Source: Octopus sinensis (taxonomy: Eukaryota). From it: 64,000 nt of DNA. Shown one piece after another: positions 39,830-52,358 of this stretch (its first letter is position 1; the number at the start of each line of letters is the position of its first letter). The position numbers and the translations under genes are program-made. The notes beneath the pieces were generated by a model. That model saw only the letters and a list, made by a program, of their open reading frames with translations. It was not told where the DNA came from and searched no databases. Location of the stretch: positions 158,224,001 to 158,288,000 of the forward strand of contig NC_043000.1 in the NCBI RefSeq assembly GCF_006345805.1, in the 5' to 3' direction.

Positions 39830-41130
39830 CTGAATTTGAAATACTCGTTTCTAAATAGACTTATTCACATAGTTTCGACTGTTATTTTGCTTATTAATGA
39901 TCCTCTGTATATAGCTGCAGATTTGTGTAAGAGATAAAGGACAGTGCATTTGTAAATTACATTATATCTTATGCAATGGGTTTGTAACGGGCAGATGGTT
40001 CCATGACGGCAATTGCAATTAGGTGAATTTTGGGGACTGTGTTCAGTAACAGAGGAGGTAATATCGTCGGAGGAGAGGTTATAGAAGGGGTTAGGAAAAT
40101 CCAAATTTTAGTATTATTAACGCTATCATTACCATCGTTACTATTATTACTATTGTTGTTATTAATTGTACTATTTGTAAGGGTGTTAGAGATTGTGGTG
40201 ATATTCCGAACAGTGTCAGTAGGATGGGTTGGGTTGTTATTGTGGTCTTATGCAAGGGAATCTGTGCTGCAACTGTTTGTGTATTGAGTGTTCGTATTAC
40301 TAGAGTTGTAGTTATGTGAGGTTTTATAGTAAAGAGAGAACTTTTGCTTATTAGAGTCAGCTACAATAGATTCGAAGTTGGATGAGGTAGAATACGATAG
40401 TTTCAGGGTGCATCGATTAAAGATAGAATGATATTTGTGTTGTCGGGGGAAGTAGGAGTCTAGTATTATGAAGAAGGATTTAGCCAAGTTCTTAACGTTA
40501 AGTGAGAATGGAGGTGTGTACCACATAATAGAGCGTCCGACACTTTTGTAGGTGGTCTGGGAGTAGTGCTATCTAAGTTTTTAGATTAAGGAGTGCTATC
40601 TATACTTTTGGGGAAGGTATGTAAGTGGCGAGGCCTGTTGTTGTTAGCTGTTTTAGTTGTTTTTGTTTTTGACCTAGTGTTAAATGAATGTGTGTGTGTG
40701 GGCTAGGTTACCTAGGTGTAAGACCTTCTAGGGTTGCATCGTTGAGTGTGTGTGTGGGTTGGTTGCGATTGAGATGGTTGGTGCGTGATTGAGAGGTGAC
40801 TTAAGATAAGTATTTCTTGAGCCTGGTGTTATGAATGTATTCTATCGGTTGAGAAAAGCCGCCAGCGGCGAGTGTTTGATTATAATATGGTGCGTGATTA
40901 TTGAACATCTCTTCAATGAAGAGAGGTCGGATATGTAGGTTGAGATGACCTTGATTATGTTATCGAAAGTGGATTTTTGGTGACTGGGGGGGATGTTAAG
41001 GTATTTAAGATATTGGTTAGGTTTGTGGTAAAGGGAGTATTGGGAGTTTGACAAGTTTAAATTTGCGTCAAGAAAGTTAATAGATTCGTGAGCGTTTTCG
41101 AATTTGATAGATAGGTTTAGATTAGAGAAG
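39830..41130 (-). mobile_element. Degenerate Penelope-like element (RT thumb to GIY-YIG)
   Basis: Minus-strand remnants LYHKPNQYLKYLNIPPSH, WYTPPFSLNVKNLAKSF, CNCRHGTICPLQTHCIRYNVIYKCTV, YRG. Confidence 0.6.
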
Positions 41131-41214
41131 AATTTATGCAGATCTTTTCTAGTTCTTTCTAAGGAATATTTTTTTATGGTTTTAGTAACTAATAAAGCGT
41201 CGTCCCTGTATATG

Positions 41215-41410
41215 TGTGTGTATAAGAGTGTCTATTTGTCTGTGCTTCTCTCCCACGACCGCTTCACAACCAGTATTCGTGTGTTTCAAAAGAGATTGAT
41301 AGAAGTTACACGTATAAAAAAAAAATACATTGGGGCTGATTCATTCAACTACAAGTTATTCAATGTGGTACTCCCACATGACCGCGGTCTAATGACTGAA
41401 ACAATTAAAA
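41215..41410 (+). mobile_element. Internally deleted SINE
   Basis: Body matches the reverse complement of 58190-58300; tail 'atgactgaaacaattaaaaga'. Confidence 0.65.
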
Positions 41411-41890
41411 GATTGAAAATATGTATATGATAGGGACATTATTTTGTTGGTACAGACGGGATCTTGGTCATCACATATTAAGCATTCTGCACAATGTGAT
41501 ACTCCAGAGACATCAGAACTTTGCATTGGTTGCTGCATGAAGTAGTGAAGACAATAGGATAATCACTGTTAGTAGTCATTCTATAGATTGTGCTAGTTCA
41601 GAGACAACGGTTACCACGTAATGCGGTAAACGAGGTGAATGACGTGGCATTATTTATTGTTTCCAGTTATAGTGCAAAAATTACGGTCGACAGGAATTAT
41701 GTCTTCTTGCAATTTTGGAAGGATCTGCTAGTGATAGAGTAGTTCATTAGGGTTACCAGTGGCATTAAGAGAGCATACCTTTGGAGGCAACAATTATATA
41801 CAGGTTATTTTTCGTTATCATGAAACCTGAGCTCGTTTATCATATGCATTTAGTAAATTGTATCCACAACGGAAATGCTCAATTTACATA

Positions 41891-43057
41891 CAAGCGTGGG
41901 CTGAAAAGTTCATAGGCCATGAGGCATTGATGTTAGAGCTTTGAAGACTTGCAAGCATTAATTTATTTTTATTAATAACTGCTTATAAATAACTTAATAA
42001 TTGCATTATTTTTATCCAATGAAAGTTCACAGAATACTTCAAAAGTAACTAGTATCGATTTCTCTTGAGGATGGACAAAATTTGGCATCGCTGTATTATG
42101 CAGTACCTGCCGAAAAAGTGTAAAGTGTTTAGCTACCAAAGACATTCATGCCGATATGTTGAATACATGAGGAAATGATGTTCTAACTTTATCAATAGTG
42201 CAAAAGTAGGTATCTCACTTAAGGATGGTAGAGAAGAATCCTCAAGGTGACATAAATATCGACGTCTGCAACTGCCACCACGAGGGAAAACATGGATCGT
42301 GTTCACTATTTGGTAATGAATGACAAGTGATTGATTATAAATCAAATAGCCAATGTTATGTGTATATATGGTGAGAGACTATAGAATATTTGGCACATTG
42401 AATTTGGCATGGCGAAAGTTTCAACTCTTCCCAGACTGATCACACCACGGGAAAACCGCACATCTCGTATTGTTTAAGGCAGACATGAACGCTTCCTCAC
42501 TTAGGATGAGTGTTGACCTCATCACTTTGAACCAGAGACAAAGAGTCAATCCATGCCGTGGAAACACCTCTCTCCACCTCCTCCAAAGAATACCAAGTTA
42601 ATTTCATCTGCAGGTAAAGTGATAGCCTCCGATATTGGGGATACAAAAGACATTCTAATTAGTGATTATCTTCAAAAGGGATCTTGTTTCATTTGGAGAA
42701 TGCCACGGCTTACAAGTCTTTGGCTTCAATGGCTACTGTGTGTGACTGTGTCTTTAAACCGGTTGATCAGCCTATCCACTTCCCTGATTTGACCCCATCT
42801 GACTATCAATTGTTCCACAAAATTAAGAAACACTTGGCTGGGAACCAGTGTCACAGTGATGATGACGTGATATCTCTTGCTGGCGCATATTTCTGACCAA
42901 CAGCATGAAAGCTTCTCCACCAATGAGATCCATGCAAAGTAAAACGGATGGAGGACGTGTGTGGACGCCAAAAGGGATTATGTTCAGAAGTAAACCCCAT
43001 TTGGTCTCATTCCATGAGAATGTCTTTGTCAGCCTATGGACTTTCAGCAAACGTTCG
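41891..43057 (+). mobile_element. Mariner (Tc1/mariner) element, degenerate
   Basis: TA at 41889-41890 and 43058-43059. TIRs 'caagcgtgggctgaaaagttcataggc' and 'gcctatggactttcagcaaacgttcg'. Peptides SAGKVIAS, ILISDYLQKG, PDLTPSDYQLFHKIKKHLAG. Confidence 0.85.
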
Positions 43058-44249
43058 TACTCTTCGTTTCTAAGATCGGGAGTTTCCGGATAAAGTAGAA
43101 GGGAAGCGTATAATATTCTTTGTTATTGTACCTGGTGGAATGTAATCTAATATAACTCATGTCGCTCACGATAATTCATATGCAACCTGTCGCAATCAAA
43201 TCCACTGCCTCTCCGCCTGATAAATGTCATTGCTAATAAAAGTCACACAATTCCTAACGGCCACTGACTTATGCCAATATATTCTATGCACTACCTCGTG
43301 CAGTAACGAGAGCAAAGAGTTGATATCGCTCAAATATCACATGCTGTAGAATATTAGACTTGCTAGTGAATTATCTGATGCCACAATGATAGCAAATGCA
43401 ACCACTTGACCTGAACAGATCAATGTAGGCTTAAATAATCACAGCTAGAAAGCATTTTAAAGTTAAAAAGAAAAATTCTCGACTAATTCGTTGACTATCT
43501 AAAGATGTACAAGGAAACTGCGCGGGCAATCTGTAAGTAAAGTTAAGTTAGGTCAAAATGGTATTAAGTGCCAGTACCTTTAAGCAACTGCTTTTGAATG
43601 CTACACTGTCCTTTTTCTCTCATTCATAGTGATGCTCCAAACCCTAGCGAGATCAACCCATACACAAAGGATAAGCATTTGAAAATAGTGTGACGTGTAA
43701 TACTATACGCGTTGAATCATCCAAGAACAACAAAGAAGAGGATGTATTTAAAATGGCTTTGCGAGAAAATGAATCGTGCAAAAAGACATGCGCTTAGTTT
43801 TTCGAAAATCTGATTGCCAATAGATCCACTGATAAATTTGGTTTTATATCACGAAATTAACCATTACAAATAAAGGACCTTGAAAATTACAAACTGATAC
43901 CATGACTCAAAAAATGTTAGATTTTAGCATTGTTTTAACCTTTTCCTAAACTTTTTAAAAGATTTCATGAAACAATATTCAAACTCACAAAATGTATACA
44001 GTGTAACTTATAAATGTATAAAACTCCTTCACATAGAATGAATTTATAACAAAATATTCATAGCAACAATCTTAAAAATACATTGATATAGAAATCCTCG
44101 ATGGAAGCGGTAGTCATGCTGGTAGAGATAGAATATTGCATGTGCTTTCCAATATCAAGAATAAGCAGCATAAATCCAACTTCCTTTCACATTTTATTTA
44201 TATTTATCTCGATATTTGAAGTTCTACAGACAAGATATAACGAGAGTAC

Positions 44250-45300
44250 ACCAAAACAGTAATGTATTACTTTCTGTTCGTGAAGAATAAATCAGCCTGA
44301 ATATCACCCGGATGAATATATTGGATTCTATTCTCCAATATAAAAGTTACTTCTCAAGAATGTACGAAAAATTGGCAAACCACTCATCCAAATTAGCGAC
44401 TTCGATATCAGAATTTTTATGAAAATTAGAATATCACTCAATTTTCATGTTGCCTTCTACAGGGTAAAAAGGGATGTTTTAGTGTTCGTCGAATTGGTTG
44501 GGAGATGTGAAGGTGTTCACCTTTTCGATTTATTTATCATGGATATTCTACACACTTCTCTATATATTTCCGAGATGTACAGGGATGATGCTCTGTCATA
44601 CCAAGAGCGAATGCAAGAAGAATCTCCTAGACATCTTCAAAACAATGGGTACGCCTATAACTGTTAAGACTACCTTAAAGTCATCTTACTGGGTATCGCG
44701 TCATATCTCGAGACAAGCAACTACTATATTTATGTAAAACACAACCAAGGGAGTATTTATAATCATAGATACTCCAACACCCCACTTGATTTAGAATTCT
44801 AGTCATAAAAGCAGAATAGAATTTCCAATATATTGAGGAATAGATAGATCTCCCCCTTCTATAACTATGTAGCAGATTGGACAGTTTTTAACAGTAATTT
44901 TATTCATAACTAGGATCTCCTACCCTTCCTTCAAGACCGTAAAACGTTTAAAATTACCAGGTAATCAGCTTTGATCCTTCAGTTATTCTAGAAGTCTCCA
45001 TTAACATTGCTTGAAGCTAATTAATAAGTAATTTACCAGAACATATTTATATCACAATCTCTATATTTCCCATATCATCAAGTTATACTACTCATACTTA
45101 GACAATATCGCTTCCAAAAGTGAACGCTACAAACGGCTAAACACGAATCCAATCAATCGTCACCATACACCCTAACCTATATCAGCATAAATCCAATCAT
45201 CTGCTAATTGGAATGATCCTGTCTATCACAAGCTCTGGTCTATAAACCCACCTTTACATCATCCAGTCCCGTCACAATATACAATGCACGCATATGGCTG
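44250..45300 (+). mobile_element. Degenerate Penelope-like RT remnant
   Basis: LVGRCEGVHLFDLFI and MYRDDAL resemble the GSYDGAEVCELVG and LYRDDGL motifs of PLE RTs; heavily decayed. Confidence 0.45.
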
Positions 45301-46956
45301 TCAATGAATTTTGCCTCAGCGGTATGCAACATATGCACTCCTTCAGGTTTACGCATGAAGAATCTCCGTCTCTACCCCGCTTCGTCTGGAAACTCCGGGT
45401 ACTCACAACGATTTCCCCAACATCCCAAAGGCGAAGAGATGACTGAATCGCTCTCAACACAAACGGAGATCGTAATTGCCAATTCTGCCTCCGTGAGATA
45501 CTGCACATTTTCCTCCATCCTGTTTTATTCGTGATAAGGGACAATGAAATTGTTATTGATCCCAAGATAAACCTTTCATGTGAAATTTTGCTGCTAACCT
45601 CATGACTTGCTGTTTACGTATATCACTCCTGATGCCTGTAGGGATTACACCTTAATATGGCTTTTTTCTTTGGCACTAACACATATATAGTTGACCCTAT
45701 CAAGTCGATTTACTTCAAACATCATATTAGTAGTCTCTCTAAATATAACAGCCAACTGAAAACAACATTTTGTTTACAATTCCATTCACATATGTCACTT
45801 CAGTTGATATTGCAGTAATATATCATCTTGCTGAATGCTGCAAATTGGTGACTACAAAATGCTAATCCCACAAGGCGGATCTAACAGTGAAATATATGAA
45901 GTCGCTATGAGAGCAAAACATATATCTTGACATGAATTGACCAATGGAAACCTAAGTACTGTCCCATAGAAAGCTTTTTCAATTTCTTTCAATGTTTTTT
46001 TTTTCAATCTCTTTCCAAAATTCTAATGAAATGGGCAAAACCTACCCTCACAAATATTGAAGTATCGTGTAGCAGAGTGAATCTGTTTTTCAATAGATTT
46101 TACTGCAGCTGAATATGTTGAGCATTACATTCCTACGTTTTTTCTTTTCTTTCCTTACACGTATATATAACACACGCACACACACACACACACATACGCA
46201 TACACTCAGAAACACGTAAACACACTCATATACATATACATGTGAACATATATGTGTGTGTATGTGTTTATGCGTGCGTGTGTATGGATGTATGTTTGTA
46301 AACCGATAATTATTCATACATGTGTTTCTATGTGAATTCGATCATGGTTCGTGCATATTAAAATGAATTGAACATAAAATATTGCATTTTATTGAACTTG
46401 ATACAGTTAAGAAACCTAATAATCAACATCTTGATGCTATTTATTATTTCATTAAATCAAGATGGAAGAAACTGGAAGGAAATGCCGGTCATATTTATAA
46501 TCTAAATAGAAAATCAATGTAATTTCAGAACTGATTTCTTTGTTTTTCATTAATTAAATAGAGGTAAACAAAATTTAATCCGAATTAAATCAAGATTGTG
46601 GCATATTATATTCAGTGCTCTTGCTTCCGTAACACAATCTCTGAACAATGATACGAAAGAAACATATAAATGTACTCCGAAATCTCGTTTCTCTCATAAA
46701 ACAAGACGGTTGTGAAATTAGTTATAGCCATGCTTTCTAAAACATGGACAGATACACACGTAAGCGTAAACCATCCCCATATAGATACCGGAGTAAACAC
46801 ATAAATGTGAAACAAGGTGGAAAAAGAGTACTCAAATACCAGTAGTAGAGTAATATGCTTTATTTAAAGCATATTTCTAGCAAAAACTGTCCGATAAACG
46901 GCAACGGGAAACTCAGAGTAACAGGTTTTGTTGAATTTTCTGCTTCTTTAAATAAA

Positions 46957-47023
<67 letters not shown>

Positions 47024-48131
47024 TATTATAATGCGTGTGTATATATGTATATATACACAAATATATTAGGTCCTGCATTTGTAACCACGTTAGTAGTTAG
47101 CAAGTGATTTAACTTGTTATGGTTTAATTATATTGGGGGTTTTGTACTTTTGCCCCTTCCATTGTCTAATATGCGGAATGCCCTCAAGAACATGTAGAAA
47201 TTCCCTTCTTCGTCTAGTATAACAACCATTTGGAAATATGCTGGCTATTTAAGGTGTTAGATTTAGCTTTATATTTCCCCTTAACCGTAAAAAAAGTTAT
47301 TATTGTATGGCTAGTATTAATTTTATTTTATATTTTATGTTGAGATGGTGTGGATGGGGCATAAGCGGCATCGTGCCACTTATGACATAGTCGTCTCACC
47401 CACATCTTTTATATATTTATCTATTTACTTCTTTATTTATGTCTACCCCTGTAACGATCTTAATTTGCCCTTGGTTTTAAATGTAACTGACCAATTATAG
47501 AGATGGCTGGACTTTGGTCAATTCAATTACGGACAACAGGTAGTTGGTCTCTAGAATATTTCAGCAAGTACACTATTATAAAAACTTTATGGGTATGTGT
47601 TTGGATAAATATTAATTAGCTCTATTTATGAAATCACAAATACTGTCCTTTTTCTAGAATTACTGGCAATTCCTGTTTTACTTGAGCACTAGTTATATTT
47701 TACTATTATTTCTACGGCCTGATACCCTTATAAAAAGAGATAACCCACCAATTATTTTTCTAAATGATTTGCTAGGTTACTATTTTGCCCATCAATTCCA
47801 TGCTTCACTCTGCAAACATTGTATGATTCTAATTTATTTAGCCTTCTTGGCTCATCTCGAGGCCGTGTTCTTTCTTTTTCCCTCTTCCCTTCTTTTATTT
47901 TACGTATTTGAATTCACTCTCATGAAGCTCCATGTACTAGATTCGCATGTGCTATAAAGATGACGAATATAATTTCCGGAAATTTTTTGTAGGCATCGAC
48001 TGGCATTTGTAGCCGAAACGGCCGTAAGCAATGTTAAGTTTCATATAAAAAAATAATTAACCGATGCTGGTCAATTTGTTCGTATGTTGATCGAATGTTT
48101 TCTCCATTTTCTGCTAATGTCATATATATAT

Positions 48132-48162
<31 letters not shown>

Positions 48163-48574
48163 TTGTAAAAAATGAAGTTCGAAAATGCTGCTGTATTATA
48201 CAATTTTTAATTTTTATATATACATTATAACATGTTTCAGTTCCTGAAATGAACCTTATCAAAAAAAGTTATATATAAAAAAAGACAGCTCATGCCGTCA
48301 AACACAAGAAATTCATTTATAATACACAACGGAGTCAGACATCTTAGAGTTCATGTATAGTTGATATATAGTTCATGTATAGTTGATATATAGTTGAAGT
48401 ATATGTTCAAAGTGTTCGATGCAGTGGCCCACGGTGGCGATACGTATTCAATACAAAAAAACAGATCAAAGTGGTGGAAAGCGGTCAATACAGAAGATTG
48501 ATGTTTCCGAAAGAGCGAGGATTCATTTTTACCTTAAGCAATTGTGATGACCCATGGTGGAAGTTCGCTGGGTG

Positions 48575-48975
48575 GTTCTAGTGAGTTTTTGTGAAATGCT
48601 CGGTTTTATAATGCCTGTTAGGTGGTCAATCTAGCGTAGCGTGACGTCATCAATGTTTTGACCAATCGTTTCGTTAGGTGGCTTTACCAAGTGGAACGGG
48701 GCGTCATCATTATTTTGACCATCGCTGCATTATAACTCCCTCTTGTTTGTTTCCTGTCTTGACCAGTCGCTTCGTTAGTCAAGCATAGCGGGACGTCATC
48801 CAGATTCTGCCCAATCACGACTTATAGCTACATTAGATCTGCCCCCTGTCTGTACTTGTTAGGTGACTATTCAAGCAGAAAAGGACGTCATCAATATTCT
48901 GACTAATGACTGTCCCCTGTTTGTATCCTGTCCATTCTAGCAGAGCTAGACGTCATCAACTTGTTGACCAATCAG
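48575..48975 (-). promoter_or_regulatory. Mirror copy of the CCAAT/CRE/TATA array in the left arm (five modules)
   Basis: GACGTCA-N12-CCAAT-like modules from 48642 to 48972 (one CRE mutated to GGCGTCA); TTTTATA near 48605. Confidence 0.6.
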
Positions 48976-49251
48976 AATCGGGTTTGACCCTTAGCTGTAT
49001 CGTATGTATCAGGGTCAGATTTGCACGAAAGAATTTTTTTCCTTTTTTACTAAGGCATATTTCCGTCAGAGTGAGTGTCTGTTTGAAGTAGCGGCCGTGG
49101 TGAAATTGGTTCTCCTTTTCGGAGGACTTATCTTTTGTTTTAGTATTCCTGGCCCAGGGTGTTTAAACTTGGTCTAAATTTTTTTATGAAATATAGTTCT
49201 TTATTTTGGCGTTGTGTGAAGGTTGCGTTGTCACTGAATTTATAGAGCGGG

Positions 49252-49671
49252 TTAGTTGTAAAATTTCGGATTTACATTTCCAGCACATCTATCTATGTGT
49301 CCGCTGACCGGTATTTTGCGGTAATCAGGGTTTCTAATTTGTGATTTATGCACCGCCATCCTGTTACGTAAGCTATTTTTTGTATGGCCTATATACTGCC
49401 TATTGCAGCCTGCGCATGTTATGACGTAAATTAAGTTTTCTGATGCGCAGGTGAAGTTTGTTCTAATGGTGAACTGGTGGCCTTGTTCCAGTATAAATTC
49501 TGATCCTTCTTTCAAGATGACACAGATTCCGCAGTTGGGCCTTCCACATTTTCTAACTGCTGGTTTTGTGGTTGATGTTGAGTGCAGTGTAGCTTGGGTT
49601 AAAATCCTTTTCAAGGATTTTGGTTGCCGTTTACTTTTAATGATGGTGTGTGTTTCGAGGATCCGGTTCAT
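49252..49671 (-). CDS. Penelope-like linker plus GIY-YIG endonuclease (left copy)
   Basis: KCGRPNCGIC, LIYVITCAGCNRQYIGHT, RMAVH, VSGH. Confidence 0.9.
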   Translation of the reverse strand: MNRILETHTIIKSKRQPKSLKRILTQATLHSTSTTKPAVRKCGRPNCGICVILKEGSEFILEQGHQFTIRTNFTCASENLIYVITCAGCNRQYIGHTKNSLRNRMAVHKSQIRNPDYRKIPVSGHIDRCAGNVNPKFYN

Positions 49672-50046
49672 CTTTGGGTCTCCCTTTAGTAGGGCTGTGC
49701 TTTGTAGTATGGTGTTGAAGGCCTCATTGTTGAGTGGGTTGTGTGTAGAGATGTAGGGAAGGGTTTTTAATTGTTCTTTCTTTTTTGGTTTTGTTTGTCT
49801 CAGGTCTTCTATACTTAATCTAAGTACCCGTTGGATTGCACTGTCTATTAGGGGCTGTGGATAGTTTCTATTTGTGAGTGTGGTTCTAAGTTCCTGGAGA
49901 CGTGTGTGTCGGGTGTTTGTGTCTGATATTATGGTGCAAATCCTTCTAGCTAAACAAAAGGGACATTCATTCTAGTGTGTCGTGGGTGGCATGAATCAAA
50001 GGGTAGGTACTGTTTAGAGTCTGTCGGTTATAGTAGATATCTGTCT

Positions 50047-51294
50047 CTATTTTGTTGCCGGTTTTCTTATGAGGATGTCTAAAAATGGTAATTCTTTTTC
50101 GTTGTGGTCCATCGTGAATTGTATATTGTCATTTATTCCATTTAATAGAATTTTAAATTCCTCAAGTTTCTCTATGCCTTTGTCCCAGATGATGAAACAG
50201 TCATCGAGGTATCTTTTCCAGTTGTTATGGATATAGGTGGCGAAGGTGTTTCCATATTTCTCGAGTGTCATCCGGTATAGTATTTTCTCGAGGTATCCCA
50301 TCACTAGGTTGGCAAAAGATGGTGCAGTACGCGTGCCCATCGCTGTTCCCGATCTTTGCCTGTAGAAATCATTGTCAAAAATAAAATAATTGTTCTCTAA
50401 AATGAATCTAAGTCCTTCTATTATAATGTCTTTGTTTATGCGAGTTGGGAGTTCAAAGGGGTAGTTATTCAGCCAGAAGGTGATCGCTTCTATTCCTAGG
50501 TTGTGAGGGATGTTAGAATATAGATTAACTACGTCGAATGATACTAGAAGGGTTTTCTCATTGACTGTTTTAGGGAGGTGGTTGAGCATATCTATATCGT
50601 CTCTTACGTAGCTTTTGATGTGTTTTAGGAAAGGTTTAAGAAGTGTGTCTAAGAAATTGCTGAGGCGGTGAGTTTCACATGCTGGCCCTGCTATTATCGG
50701 TCTTAGTTTAAGATCATTTGGTGAAGGGATTTTGATGAGTGTGTCGGTGGATGTTTTGCACGTTTCTCTAATGGTTTGGCTTTTGTGTACCTTAGGGATA
50801 CCATAGAACAAACTCGATTTGCATTTGAAGTTAGTGATGTATTCATACTCCTTGTTCGTGAGTCCTTCTTGGTATGTGTTGATTAATGTCCTAAGGTTAT
50901 GCATTATTTTTTGCTGGTTATACTGTTGGGCCCTTTCATAATACGTTTCATCTCTTAATAGGGATAGCACTAAATTTTTATAATTGTTTGTATTCATTAT
51001 TACTATCGCGTTGCCCTTATCTGCCTCCTTAATTGTTATTGTTTTGTCTTCTCTTAGTTTGATGAGGTCGTTCCATTCTCTTTTGTTGAAGTTAGGGCTG
51101 TGTTTTTGTTTCTTGATGAATTGAAACGGGAAATTAGTTATGTAGTCACAATAGCGGTCTAAGGCTTTATTCTTACCTTTGGTGGGGGTGTAATTGCTCT
51201 TGTTTCTAGCTATTGAGTCCTCCTCTATTTGTTTGTCTTGCAATGCCTCGGTGAGTCTTAGTTTTCTGCAAAATTCCGAAATATCATCTTTCAT
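50047..51294 (-). CDS. Penelope-like reverse transcriptase (415 aa open segment)
   Basis: IKEADKGNAIVIM, FYGIPKVHK, LRPIIAG, SFDVVNLYSNIPH, YRQRSGTAMGTRTAPSFANLVM, WKRYLDDCF, FTMD...LPFLDILI. Confidence 0.93.
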   Translation of the reverse strand: MKDDISEFCRKLRLTEALQDKQIEEDSIARNKSNYTPTKGKNKALDRYCDYITNFPFQFIKKQKHSPNFNKREWNDLIKLREDKTITIKEADKGNAIVIMNTNNYKNLVLSLLRDETYYERAQQYNQQKIMHNLRTLINTYQEGLTNKEYEYITNFKCKSSLFYGIPKVHKSQTIRETCKTSTDTLIKIPSPNDLKLRPIIAGPACETHRLSNFLDTLLKPFLKHIKSYVRDDIDMLNHLPKTVNEKTLLVSFDVVNLYSNIPHNLGIEAITFWLNNYPFELPTRINKDIIIEGLRFILENNYFIFDNDFYRQRSGTAMGTRTAPSFANLVMGYLEKILYRMTLEKYGNTFATYIHNNWKRYLDDCFIIWDKGIEKLEEFKILLNGINDNIQFTMDHNEKELPFLDILIRKPATK

Positions 51295-51661
51295 TTCATA
51301 ATGATTAGAACGTTGTGGGGTGGGTACCTACCCTTTGATTCATGCCACCCACGACACACTAGAATGAATGTCCCTTTTTGTTTAGCTAGAAGGATTTGCA
51401 CCATAATATCAGACACAAACACCCGACACACACGTCTCCAGGAACTTAGAACCACACTCACAAATAGAAACTATCCACAGCCCCTAATAGACAGTGCAAT
51501 CCAACGGGTACTTAGATTAAGTATAGAAGACCTGAGACAAACAAAACCAAAAAAGAAAGAACATTTAAAAACCCTTCCCTACATCTCTACACACAACCAC
51601 TCAACAATGAGGCCTTCAACACCATATACAAAGCACAGCCCTACTAAAGGGAGACCCAAAG

Positions 51662-52168
51662 ATGAACCGGATCCTCGAAACACACACCATCATTAAAAGT
51701 AAACGGCAACCAAAATCCTTGAAAAGGATTTTAACCCAAGCTACACTGCACTCAACATCAACCACAAAACCAGCAGTTAGAAAATGTGGAAGGCCCAACT
51801 GCGGAATCTGTGTCATCTTGAAAGAAGGATCAGAATTTATACTGGAACAAGGCCACCAGTTCACCATTAGAACAAACTTCACCTGCGCATCAGAAAACTT
51901 AATTTACGTCATAACATGCGCAGGCTGCAATAGGCAGTATATAGGCCATACAAAAAATAGCTTACGTAACAGGATGGCGGTGCATAAATCACAAATTAGA
52001 AACCCTGATTACCGCAAAATACCGGTCAGCGGACACATAGATAGAGGTGCTGGAAATGTAAATCCGAAATTTACAACTAACCCGCTCTATAAATTCAGTG
52101 ACAACGCAACCTTCACACAACGCCAAAATAAAGAACTATATTTCATAAAAAATTTAGACCAAGTTTAA
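51662..52168 (+). CDS. Penelope-like linker plus GIY-YIG endonuclease (right copy)
   Basis: Same motifs as 49252-49671, plus the C-terminal RQNKELYFIKNLDQV. Confidence 0.9.
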   Translation: MNRILETHTIIKSKRQPKSLKRILTQATLHSTSTTKPAVRKCGRPNCGICVILKEGSEFILEQGHQFTIRTNFTCASENLIYVITCAGCNRQYIGHTKNSLRNRMAVHKSQIRNPDYRKIPVSGHIDRGAGNVNPKFTTNPLYKFSDNATFTQRQNKELYFIKNLDQV

Positions 52169-52358
52169 ACACCCTGGCCAGGAATACTAAAACAAAAGAT
52201 AAGTCCTCCGAAAAGGAGAACCAAATTTCACCACGGCCGCTACTTCAAACAGACACTCACTCTGACGGAAATATGCCTTAGTAAAAAAGGAAAAAAATTC
52301 TTTCGTGCAAATCTGACCCTGATACATACGATACAGCTAAGGGTCAAACCCGATTCTG

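Larger units (their letters stand above)
47674..51327 (-). mobile_element. 5'-truncated Penelope-like element (left copy; Neptune-like by linker cysteines)
   Basis: RT, thumb, CxxxxCxxC linker and GIY-YIG on the minus strand, then a ~1.6 kb 3' region. The frame is still open at the 5' junction (VPTPQRSNHYEMKDD). Confidence 0.92.

Noticed and set aside
47990-48030. GGC-N7-GCC GAAAC GGCC GU A, resembling the 3' half of a hammerhead (mirror at ~53415-53450)
   Set aside because: No CUGANGA upstream and no matching helix I; too incomplete to call.
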